This document shows, one piece after another, positions 57,401 through 64,000 of a DNA stretch of 64,000 bases. The notes below the pieces were generated by a model. That model did no database searches and was not told the DNA's origin. It saw only the letters and a program-made list of their open reading frames with translations. The stretch is from Candidatus Hydrogenedens sp. (GTDB lineage: Bacteria; Hydrogenedentota; Hydrogenedentia; Hydrogenedentales; Hydrogenedentaceae). The stretch covers positions 1-64,000 of the forward strand of contig JBMFRC010000011.1 of assembly GCA_049968235.1 (NCBI GenBank), read 5' to 3'. The translations under genes were made by a program, and so were the position numbers. Numbering within the stretch: position 1 is the first letter of the stretch; each line of letters opens with the position of its first letter.

Positions 57401-57824
57401 TTCCTAAATAGGATGGCCAGCCTGTCTGTATGGCAAGTGCTAACGCTTCCACTTTCAAACGATTGCCTGCATACGCCCAATATATACAATTACGAGTGGG
57501 TATCCCACCAATTAATGAAAAACTTCCCATAATTGTATCGAATAAACGTGCCTGGGCAGTATCTTTCATTCCATCAAAATCTAAATCAAGATTATCTGGA
57601 TTTCCTCCAATTAATGGGATTTTCGCATATAATTCCCGCATTGAATTTTCAAAACTTTCAGTATATACAGGACCGGGTATTAAATTATTGCAATTAGGAA
57701 TATTGCAATAATCCACTTCTGCATCTGTTTGTGCAACTGATGAAGAAGAAAAAACAAAACATACACTCATGATAAGGAACAAAGTTCCTATGTATATTTT
57801 GCTTGTATTAATCTTAATGTTCAT
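54456..57824 (-). CDS. Giant (1122 aa) secreted protein with two copies of an unknown ~200-aa domain and three blocks of four canonical EF-hand/dockerin-like Ca-binding loops. It also has long PEG(T/I/V)PEG linkers and the same conserved Cys-containing C-terminal module as the 15306..19268 protein.
   Basis: Signal peptide MNIKINTSKIYIGTLFLIMSVCFVFSSSSVAQ, with an AAGGAG Shine-Dalgarno sequence. EF-hand loops include DTNGDGKLTKNE, DKNGDGFMSFDE, DSNGDNQVTLTE and DIDGNGYLDCID, repeated in three blocks. Linkers read EGTPEGTPEGTPEG... The C-terminus reads ELLRVIQLFNSFGYHCEGSTEDGYAPG...CPPHTSDYAPQDWRIGLNELLRLIQFFNMGGYRICPEEEDGYCGG. Confidence 0.85.
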   Translation of the reverse strand: MNIKINTSKIYIGTLFLIMSVCFVFSSSSVAQTDAEVDYCNIPNCNNLIPGPVYTESFENSMRELYAKIPLIGGNPDNLDLDFDGMKDTAQARLFDTIMGSFSLIGGIPTRNCIYWAYAGNRLKVEALALAIQTGWPSYLGTPPDLEGMKTFFAALATMGNTAIINTILSALNWIIPNLPDLSLLELDGSNIVYLNAKGDADLDGVCNIGEYKAWVVNTPADFDAFVNAAINSSITDYYGGCPACGAEGTVEGEGEGGGPPPCNMRSDENYFALLIMFGDTNGDGKLTKNELKAFVTGFLLDLGWWIIDKNGDGFMSFDEFVASNRLGGLLPANLDSNGDNQVTLTEIRQLSSKITQDQFNQHDIDGNGYLDCIDIMGPLPESCYAEWCWDNCNQTAVNAGFETALRSLYGIASFLSVNPDTADIDGNGMYDVAQARLLDYILAHPELPIFCCVKNAYMNNRVVAQSKWDSIPLLSTIFSNTTFINVVAGVLTTGEQSFINSIVNVIDTLMFWGTFTLNGYDLTAGQYLASAGDPDFDEVCNIGEYKAYVFAPTDIDTFILSALDINQTLNGGGCPPCPGTFEGEPPCDIDDITHYYYILIMFGDTDGNGLLSKEELKAITGWSDTVLLLWSAVDTNGDNQLSLEEFSKVEWLYNLLPGLDGNNDGALTLIELQNLNSNITMDQLNAVDLNQNGVLDCNDFVLPEGEGVVEGTPEGTPEGTPEGTPEGTPEGTPEGTQEGIPEGIPEGEGIVEGTPEGIPEGVIEGEPPTCDIDDIEHYFLIMLLFGDTNGDGLLSKSEFKSLTGWSDIIIAGVWYLVDKNRDNQLTFEEFTAVSSIFNLLPKLDSNGDNELTLTEVRALSSKITQDQFDVADKNDNGVLDCSDFLPSPEGEGTVEGSPEGIPEGQPEGIVEGTPEGVVEGTPEGQPEGVAEGIPEGQPEGVAEGTPEGVLEGTAEGVLEGQPEGVVEGTPEGIVEGTPEGIPEGVVEGTPEGIPEGQPEGIVEGTPEGIPEGVAEGTPEGEIPHGIHSADRNFNWKFEIGELLRVIQLFNSFGYHCEGSTEDGYAPGRNDSFHNCPPHTSDYAPQDWRIGLNELLRLIQFFNMGGYRICPEEEDGYCGGLK
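54761..55165. repeat. Long imperfect in-frame tandem repeat of about 12-15 nt encoding the (V/I)(V/A)EGTPEG(I/Q)PEG linker. A second block lies at about 55535-55730.
   Basis: Repeated ccttctgg/ccttcggg units are visible directly. The alternative-frame ORFs listed in this region are low-complexity artefacts. Confidence 0.7.
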
Positions 57825-57914
57825 TGTGTAACTCCTTATTCTTAATTATTTTTTATAATTAATTCTACCTGAAAAGTTTATCTTATGTAAAAAAATCTTA
57901 ATAATGGGGGGTAT

Positions 57915-58373
57915 CTAACAAAGAAGAGGGAGGAAAGGTATTTTTGAAGAAATCTTCATTTCTACATCTTTTGAAAGTGAGTAATATTGCTTTGTGATAT
58001 TTTCCTCTTTATTTTGACAAAAATTTGTCTCAATTAAATTATTATGATTAGTTAAATTTTTCAATAAAAGCGAAGTTTTTTCTGTTCTTAATATAGAACT
58101 AAATAAAATCATGTTTTTTAATGTTCTGGGTGTGGGAACTTTTGTTTTTTCATTCTTAATTTTTTGAACAATCAGACACAAATCACGAACATCAATTGTA
58201 GAATCCCCGTTCATATCTTTTATTTCTGCAGTAAGTGAGGAGTTCGCTTGATTTAATATAGAAGTTAAGACACTTTGCCATAATATAACATTCAGATTTT
58301 GAAATGTGCTTATCATCATTAGGGGATATAAAAATAGTCCCAAAACTGTAAAAACACAAACAAACTTTTTCAT
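57915..58373 (-). CDS. Small secreted protein (about 152 aa) with a single dockerin/EF-hand-like loop. It lies immediately upstream of, and in the same orientation as, the EF-hand giant.
   Basis: Signal-like MKKFVCVFTVLGLFLYPLMMIS. Loop DMNGDSTIDVRDLCLIVQKI follows the D-x-N-x-D...DL..I...I pattern. Start is placed at MKKF rather than at the tracked upstream Met. Confidence 0.4.
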   Translation of the reverse strand: MKKFVCVFTVLGLFLYPLMMISTFQNLNVILWQSVLTSILNQANSSLTAEIKDMNGDSTIDVRDLCLIVQKIKNEKTKVPTPRTLKNMILFSSILRTEKTSLLLKNLTNHNNLIETNFCQNKEENITKQYYSLSKDVEMKISSKIPFLPLLC

Positions 58374-58510
58374 TTCAAAACTCCTCATATATATATTATA
58401 ACATATAAACACATAAAATAAATATCAAATTTGATGTTTTTTTTGTTAAAATATTTTTGGAGTTTTTTATTTATTTTTTAAGAAGTATTTTTAATTATGG
58501 GATTTTGAGA

Positions 58511-60031
58511 ATGAATTTAGAAGCAAGGCAATTTTTGCAACAAAGGCAGGAATTACAATTATCGTTGTTCCAACAGCAATCATTACAAATACTACAAATG
58601 TCGACCATCGAATTAGAACAATACATTGTACAGGAGGCTGAAAGTAACCCATATCTTGAAATAGAGTATAAATCATTAGATAGCGAAGTAGAATCAAATC
58701 TCCCTCTTGAAGATTCAGAATTATCTTCAACAGGTATAAGCAAGGATCATCTCTTTGATAATGATACTACTTATACTCAAGATGGAACCATTGATATGAA
58801 GTCTGAGGAGCAATATGCAGATATAACAGAAGAAAAAGATGATATGGCAGAATTATGGGAGCATGAATACAATAGAACAAATACAAATACGGACCTGAGT
58901 TATAACCCGGACATAGATGAATGGGTAGAAAGTAAATTTAATAACATTAAAAGTCAGGAGACCCTTAGAAGCCACTTGATGAAACAATTATATATTGAGT
59001 TTAATGACCCCCAAGAAATCCAGATAGGTGAAAGTATTATAGCTAGTATTGACTCTCGCGGATATTTTGTTGGAAATATAGAAGATATATCTAAAGAATT
59101 TGATGTTACACCTGAAAAGGTCGAAAAAGTTTTGAAAAGAATACAGGGATTTGACCCTTCCGGCGTAGGAGCAAAAGATGTAAAAGAATGTTTGCTAATT
59201 CAGATTAATCAAATATATCCTGACAATATCCTTCTGAAAAAATTGGTAGAAGAATATTTTGATGAACTTACCCATCGACAGATTCCCAAAATATCTCGGG
59301 GATTGAAAATTGAGCCTTATCAGGTAGAAGCATTGATTGACTTATTAAAAACCTTAAATTTGTTTCCTGGACATTTGTTTCCGGAAGAACCAAATAATAT
59401 CATCCCTGATGTTATTGTAAAATTTACCGAAGATGATGGACTTGCTATTGAAATACATGATAAGCGTCTTCCCGAAATAAAATATGTGGAACCTATAAAA
59501 AAAGAACAGATAAAGATATTACCCAAAGAAGAGAAAGAGCAGATAAAAAAATATAAAGATTCGGCAATTCGATTAATAAAATGCCTTGAACTGAGAAAAA
59601 GTACCTTATATAAGGTTGCAAGAGAGATAGCAATTTTTCAAGAAGAGTTTATGCGTAAAGGAGTTGATTATTTAAAACCATTAACTTATAAAACCATTGC
59701 AGACCGTATTAATATACATGAATCAACAATCTCCCGTTGTATTGCGGGTAAATACATGGCTACCCCACAAGGAATCTTTGAATTCCGTTATTTCTTTTCA
59801 GGGGGCATCAAAACAAGTGAAGGTGAAAATGAAAAATCATCGCGTACAGTTCAGAGCATCATCAAGAGAATTATTGAGGAAGAAGACAAAACAAAGCCTT
59901 TAAGTGACCAGCAAATCGCTGAATTCATTCTAAAAAAGGAAGGAATAAAAATTGCACGGAGAACTGTATCAAAATATCGGGAGGCAATGAATATTCCTAA
60001 TGCTTTTGAACGGAAAGTTTACAAGAAGTAA
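58511..60031 (+). CDS. rpoN: RNA polymerase sigma-54 factor.
   Basis: N-terminal region I (LQQRQELQLSLFQQQSLQILQMSTIELEQYI), a long acidic region II, and a C-terminal RpoN box (ARRTVSKYREAMNIPNAFERK). Start is placed at the internal ATG (MNLEARQFL). Confidence 0.9.
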   Translation: MNLEARQFLQQRQELQLSLFQQQSLQILQMSTIELEQYIVQEAESNPYLEIEYKSLDSEVESNLPLEDSELSSTGISKDHLFDNDTTYTQDGTIDMKSEEQYADITEEKDDMAELWEHEYNRTNTNTDLSYNPDIDEWVESKFNNIKSQETLRSHLMKQLYIEFNDPQEIQIGESIIASIDSRGYFVGNIEDISKEFDVTPEKVEKVLKRIQGFDPSGVGAKDVKECLLIQINQIYPDNILLKKLVEEYFDELTHRQIPKISRGLKIEPYQVEALIDLLKTLNLFPGHLFPEEPNNIIPDVIVKFTEDDGLAIEIHDKRLPEIKYVEPIKKEQIKILPKEEKEQIKKYKDSAIRLIKCLELRKSTLYKVAREIAIFQEEFMRKGVDYLKPLTYKTIADRINIHESTISRCIAGKYMATPQGIFEFRYFFSGGIKTSEGENEKSSRTVQSIIKRIIEEEDKTKPLSDQQIAEFILKKEGIKIARRTVSKYREAMNIPNAFERKVYKK

Positions 60032-60070
60032 ATCGAAATAAGTATTAATGTAAGCATTTAAATAAGAAAT

Positions 60071-60110
60071 AAGGCACAGGAAAGGTTTCCTGTGCCTTAT
60101 TTTATAATTT
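60071..60110. terminator. Bidirectional intrinsic terminator between convergent rpoN and the H+-PPase gene.
   Basis: Perfect 13-nt inverted repeat AAGGCACAGGAAA-GG-TTTCCTGTGCCTT. It is followed by ATTTTATAATTT and preceded by an A-rich tract. Confidence 0.8.
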
Positions 60111-62163
60111 ATATAAATAATGGAGCTAATACCAAAGCAATAACGCACATTAACTTAATCAAAATGTTAATGGAAGGTCCAGCGGTGTCTTTTAACGGGT
60201 CGCCGTAAGTATCACCAACAACCGCCGCTTTATGTGCTTCAGAGCCTTTACCACCGAAATGACCTTCTTCGATGTATTTCTTTGCATTATCCATGGCACC
60301 ACCACTGTTTGCCATTTGAATACCTAACATTACACCGGTTATAATAGCACCGACAAGGAAACCTGCCAGAGCGGGGGCACCCAAACCAAATCCAATAACA
60401 ACAGGGATTATAATGGCTAAAATTCCGGGGACCATCATACCTTTAATAGCAGACTGTGTCGCAATATCTACACATTTCTTGCTATCAGGCATAACATCTT
60501 CTTTACCTTCTTTAAGTCCGGGAATTTCTTTGAATTGCCGTCTTACTTCAGCGATGATAGCATAAGCATTTTTGCTTACAGCACCGAATAATAACGAGCA
60601 AAAAACGAAAGGTATCATACCTCCGATTAAACAGCCTGCAAGAATTTTCGGGTCAATTAAGGATACTTTTGAAGTGTCTAATTTAGCAGATAACATGAAC
60701 GCACTCAATAAACCAATTGCGGCAAAAGCGGCACTACCAATGGCAAAACCTTTTCCGATAGCGGCTGTTGTATTTCCGACAGCATCTAAGTTATCTGTAA
60801 TTTTACGGACACTGGGGTCAAGTCCGGACATTTCTGCAATACCACCGGCATTGTCTGCAATGGGTCCATAAGCATCTACGGATAGAACCATTCCTGTTGT
60901 AGCAAGCATACCTAAGGAAGCAAGGGCTATACCATACATTCCACCTACTTTATAAGCGAGGATAACGGCAAGAGCAAGAATAATCGTAGGGATGGCGGTA
61001 CTTAACATACCTATTGAAGTTCCACCAACAACCGCAACAGCAGGGCCGGATTGTGCTTCTTCTGCTAATCTTTGTACAGGTTTATATTTTCCGGAGGTAA
61101 AATATTCACTGGTAAATCCAACAATAACTCCTGAAATAATCCCCAAAATACATGCGACAGGAGGTCCCCACCATTGATATGCAGTCCCATCTAAATTAAA
61201 ATTTGTTCCAATCATACGACCTAATAAAAGGACACCAATAATTGTAAGTCCAGCACTTACATAAGTTCCCCACATTAAAGCACTTTGTGGGTCATTTTTA
61301 GCAAAAAACTTAACATAAAATACACCTATAACTGAGGCAACAATGCCCACTGATGCAGTAAGGAATGGAAATGAAGTGACATACATAGATTCACTTGCAG
61401 AGGAAACAGCAATCATACTTGCTACTGCTAAACTAGCAATGATAGATTCAACATACGATTCTAATAGGTCGGCGCCTAAACCGGCAACGTCGCCTACATT
61501 ATCACCTACATTATCTGCGATAACAGCAGGGTTACGTGGGTCATCTTCCGGAATGCCCGCTTCTACTTTACCAACAAGGTCTGCACCCATGTCCGCACCT
61601 TTGGTATAAATACCACCGCCTGACCTTGCAAACAACGCCACTAATGAAGCGCCCATTGCATATCCATTAACAATCTGTGCTTCTCCATTAAATAATTTGT
61701 AAACTACAACTAAAAGAAAAGTTGCAATACCAACCACACCTAATCCCATAACCGAACCACCACTGACAGCCACATCAATAGCTGCTTTTATGCCACCGGC
61801 ACGAGCCGCTTCTGTGGTTCTGGCATTGGAACGGGTTGCAATAAACATACCTAAGAAACCTGCCATTGCACTGGCTACCGCACCTATGATAAAGGCGATG
61901 GAAGTTTTCCAGCCCAATGGTAAATCGGGTCTCATCTCCCCTACAATGGCTATTAATACCGCTATAATAAGCACTGTAGCCATTACATAGCGATATTCGC
62001 GTAACAGGAAAGCGAGAGCACCTTCCTGAACCGCTCTGGAAATCCGCGCCATTTTTTCATTGCCCTGTGATTTTGTCAACACATACTGAATCATATAGGC
62101 AACGACTAACAATGCAAGAACCGACGCCGCTCCTGCAATTTTTAAATAACCTAATCCCATCAT
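60109..62163 (-). CDS. hppA: Membrane-bound proton-translocating pyrophosphatase (H+-PPase).
   Basis: 684 aa and polytopic. Signature GADLVGKVEAGIPEDDPRNPAVIADNVGDNVGDVAG. An AAAGGAG Shine-Dalgarno sequence lies upstream. Confidence 0.95.
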   Translation of the reverse strand: MMGLGYLKIAGAASVLALLVVAYMIQYVLTKSQGNEKMARISRAVQEGALAFLLREYRYVMATVLIIAVLIAIVGEMRPDLPLGWKTSIAFIIGAVASAMAGFLGMFIATRSNARTTEAARAGGIKAAIDVAVSGGSVMGLGVVGIATFLLVVVYKLFNGEAQIVNGYAMGASLVALFARSGGGIYTKGADMGADLVGKVEAGIPEDDPRNPAVIADNVGDNVGDVAGLGADLLESYVESIIASLAVASMIAVSSASESMYVTSFPFLTASVGIVASVIGVFYVKFFAKNDPQSALMWGTYVSAGLTIIGVLLLGRMIGTNFNLDGTAYQWWGPPVACILGIISGVIVGFTSEYFTSGKYKPVQRLAEEAQSGPAVAVVGGTSIGMLSTAIPTIILALAVILAYKVGGMYGIALASLGMLATTGMVLSVDAYGPIADNAGGIAEMSGLDPSVRKITDNLDAVGNTTAAIGKGFAIGSAAFAAIGLLSAFMLSAKLDTSKVSLIDPKILAGCLIGGMIPFVFCSLLFGAVSKNAYAIIAEVRRQFKEIPGLKEGKEDVMPDSKKCVDIATQSAIKGMMVPGILAIIIPVVIGFGLGAPALAGFLVGAIITGVMLGIQMANSGGAMDNAKKYIEEGHFGGKGSEAHKAAVVGDTYGDPLKDTAGPSINILIKLMCVIALVLAPLFI

Positions 62164-62256
62164 AACACTTACTCCTTTCGTTCAATTAATTTTTTTGTTT
62201 TAATCGTCTTTACATTTATTTGTTTATTTTCCTTACTCGCAAACTTTGATATTATC

Positions 62257-62985
62257 TCATACCCATGGTTCTTTTTGTAGGAGGGATAATGCCTTTTGAG
62301 CAGCAATCTGTGATGCACTTTTTTTGGTTTTACCCTCCCCTGCTGAAATAAATTTATCTTCAATAAAAATCCCCATTTGAAATTTTTTCTCGTGGTCAGG
62401 ACCTTTTTCTTCCAGTAACCGATATTCCGGTAAAGGTATCAGGTTCCTTTGACACCATTCCTGTAATTTGGATTTGGAATCTTTACTTCCAGATAAATGG
62501 AAATCTTGTTTTAGATATTGTTCAAAAATCTTATATATAAATTTCTTTGTTAAGTTCCATCCTTTGTCTAAATAAAAAGCACCGATGAGTGATTCCAGAG
62601 CGTCTTCAAGAATAGTATCTTTATCTTTACCTCCAGCGTTCTCTTCTCCTTTACTCATAATAATAATACTGGAAAGATTTATTTTTCGAGCTACCTGACT
62701 TAGGGTCTGACACCTGACAATAGAAGAACGTAATAAAGTATAGTCTCCGGAGGATAATCCCGGGTATGCTTTATAAATATATTCGGTAATAGCCAGTTGT
62801 AAAACCGCATCACCTAAAAATTCCGTTGTTTCAAACATACAACGATTTACTTTTGTTTTTCCACTATAGAATGAAGTATGTGTCATCGCCATCTTAAATA
62901 AGTAAATATTTTTGGGCTTAAATTTCAAATTTTTAGCCCATGATAAAAATAAACTTTCCCAGTTACCCTCTTTATTTATCTCCAT
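62257..62985 (-). CDS. rnc: Ribonuclease III.
   Basis: RNase III signature region MAMTHTSF...FETTEFLGDAVLQLAITEY. C-terminal dsRBD (KDSKSKLQEWCQRNLIPLPEYRLLEEKGPDHEKKFQMGIFI...AAQKALSLL). Confidence 0.9.
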   Translation of the reverse strand: MEINKEGNWESLFLSWAKNLKFKPKNIYLFKMAMTHTSFYSGKTKVNRCMFETTEFLGDAVLQLAITEYIYKAYPGLSSGDYTLLRSSIVRCQTLSQVARKINLSSIIIMSKGEENAGGKDKDTILEDALESLIGAFYLDKGWNLTKKFIYKIFEQYLKQDFHLSGSKDSKSKLQEWCQRNLIPLPEYRLLEEKGPDHEKKFQMGIFIEDKFISAGEGKTKKSASQIAAQKALSLLQKEPWV

Positions 62986-63065
62986 ACGATTAATTTATTT
63001 CAAAGGTAATACAAAGTTATTATATTTTATCAAATCTATTCCTTAATATCCAATTTAAAAGACAG

Positions 63066-63102
63066 GTAAAAAAATCCCTGTGAATAAAATTTATTCACAG
63101 GG
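63066..63102 (-). terminator. Intrinsic terminator downstream of acpP.
   Basis: A 12-bp perfect stem CCCTGTGAATAA/TTATTCACAGGG. On the minus-strand transcript it is followed by a U7 run (AAAAAAAT on the plus strand, 63068-63075). Confidence 0.75.
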
Positions 63103-63123
63103 ACTATAAGTAATCTTTTTTAT

Positions 63124-63366
63124 TTATTTTATCCGGGATAACACATATTTAACGGCGTCACCCACGGTAATAATTTGATTGGCATCATCATCTAACTGGA
63201 TATTAAATTCTTCCTCAAGTGTCATTAACAATTCTGTCAAATCCAGTGAATCTGCGCCTAAATCTTCTATGAAACGCGCCTCATCCGTAACTTCGTCTAT
63301 AGAACGACTCAAACGGTTGGCGATAACTTCCTTAATCTTATTAACTAAAGCATCCGTATCTGTCAT
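63124..63366 (-). CDS. acpP: Acyl carrier protein.
   Basis: MTDTDALVNKIKEVIANRL...IEDLGADSLDLTELLMTLEEEFNIQL contains the DSLD phosphopantetheine-attachment motif. A strong AAAGGAGGTG Shine-Dalgarno sequence lies upstream. The tracked 17-aa upstream extension is not supported. Confidence 0.9.
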   Translation of the reverse strand: MTDTDALVNKIKEVIANRLSRSIDEVTDEARFIEDLGADSLDLTELLMTLEEEFNIQLDDDANQIITVGDAVKYVLSRIK

Positions 63367-63612
63367 TTTTTCACCTCCTTTCATAAAAATAAGAATTAAT
63401 TCCCACTTTTGTAACATCTATTTTATCAAGTCAGGATGTTAAATGTCAAACATTTTACATTCTAACAATTAAAATACATACAGATATATGTTGGATAGTT
63501 ATTCTTACAAAAAAGTTTCAAAAATATTACTTTTTTGCATATCTTATTCTGTTATTGTATGATTATGATTATCGTTTGAAAGCAATTAAACATAATTGGA
63601 AAGGAGAACAAT

Positions 63613-64000
63613 ATGGGTAACTTTCGTTTAGGATTTATTGGTGCTGGATTTATCGCCCGTTTTCAAACAAAAGCATTACAAAGTGTACGTGGTGTAGAAC
63701 TTGCAGGTGTTTATGCTCTCAAAGGGGCAGGAGAACTTTCCTCCTTAGCAAAACGGTTAGGCGTCGGCGATTGTAAAGTTTATAAGAACATTAAAGACCT
63801 TTGTGAAAATGTAGATGCGGTTGCAATATTTGCTCCGAATTTTGCGAGGATAGAAATTATGCAAAAAATTGCTGAGGCAGTTAAGGCAGGAGCAAATATT
63901 AAGGGAATTATTTGTGAAAAACCTTTGGGAAGAACTGTAAAAGAGGCAATGGAGTTAGTAAATATTGCAAAGTCAACAAAATTGCCAACAGCCTATTTTG
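63613..64000 (+). CDS. Gfo/Idh/MocA-family oxidoreductase, N-terminal fragment. The gene continues beyond the window end.
   Basis: An AAGGAG Shine-Dalgarno sequence at 63601-63606 and an ATG at 63613. MGNFRLGFIGAGFIARFQTKAL...AIFAPNFARIEIMQKIAEAVKAGANIKGIICEKPLGRT shows the Rossmann and EKP motifs. The reading frame is open to the window edge. Confidence 0.7.
   Translation, partial: MGNFRLGFIGAGFIARFQTKALQSVRGVELAGVYALKGAGELSSLAKRLGVGDCKVYKNIKDLCENVDAVAIFAPNFARIEIMQKIAEAVKAGANIKGIICEKPLGRTVKEAMELVNIAKSTKLPTAYF

Overview
AT-rich (roughly 35-40% GC by eye), gene-dense bacterial chromosomal window. Two paralogous prepilin-type N-terminal methylation / DUF1559 (H-X9-DG) proteins, a sulfatase, a GH127-like hydrolase, beta-helix proteins and several giant secreted proteins point to a PVC-superphylum-like organism (Planctomycetota/Lentisphaerota/Verrucomicrobiota-like). 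The phylum call is inference only. I count about 39 protein genes. Housekeeping genes are pgi, clpB, rpoN, H+-pyrophosphatase, rnc, acpP and the E2/E3 components of a 2-oxoacid dehydrogenase. Regulators are a LacI-family repressor, a 1203-aa hybrid histidine kinase, and a response regulator with an excisionase-type HTH. Two tRNAs (Asn-GUU, Ser-GCU), several intrinsic terminators and two near-consensus sigma70 promoters are present. The accessory, glycan-associated content is a sulfatase, GH127, a GH-like 898-aa protein, a beta-helix protein and a cluster of dehydrogenases. The most unusual content is a set of three otherwise unrelated giant surface proteins: a GLUG/PASTA protein truncated at the window start, an LRR plus InlB-B-repeat protein, and an EF-hand-array protein. 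All three share a PEG(T/I/V)PEG tandem-repeat linker. The two whose C-termini lie inside the window also share a conserved ~100-aa Cys-containing, dockerin/EF-hand-like C-terminal module, a plausible new sorting or anchoring tag. Three genes are interrupted by single-base insertions in homopolymer runs (G8, T5, T10). That pattern suggests homopolymer sequencing error, or less likely phase variation. No CRISPR arrays, transposases, integrases or rRNA genes were seen.
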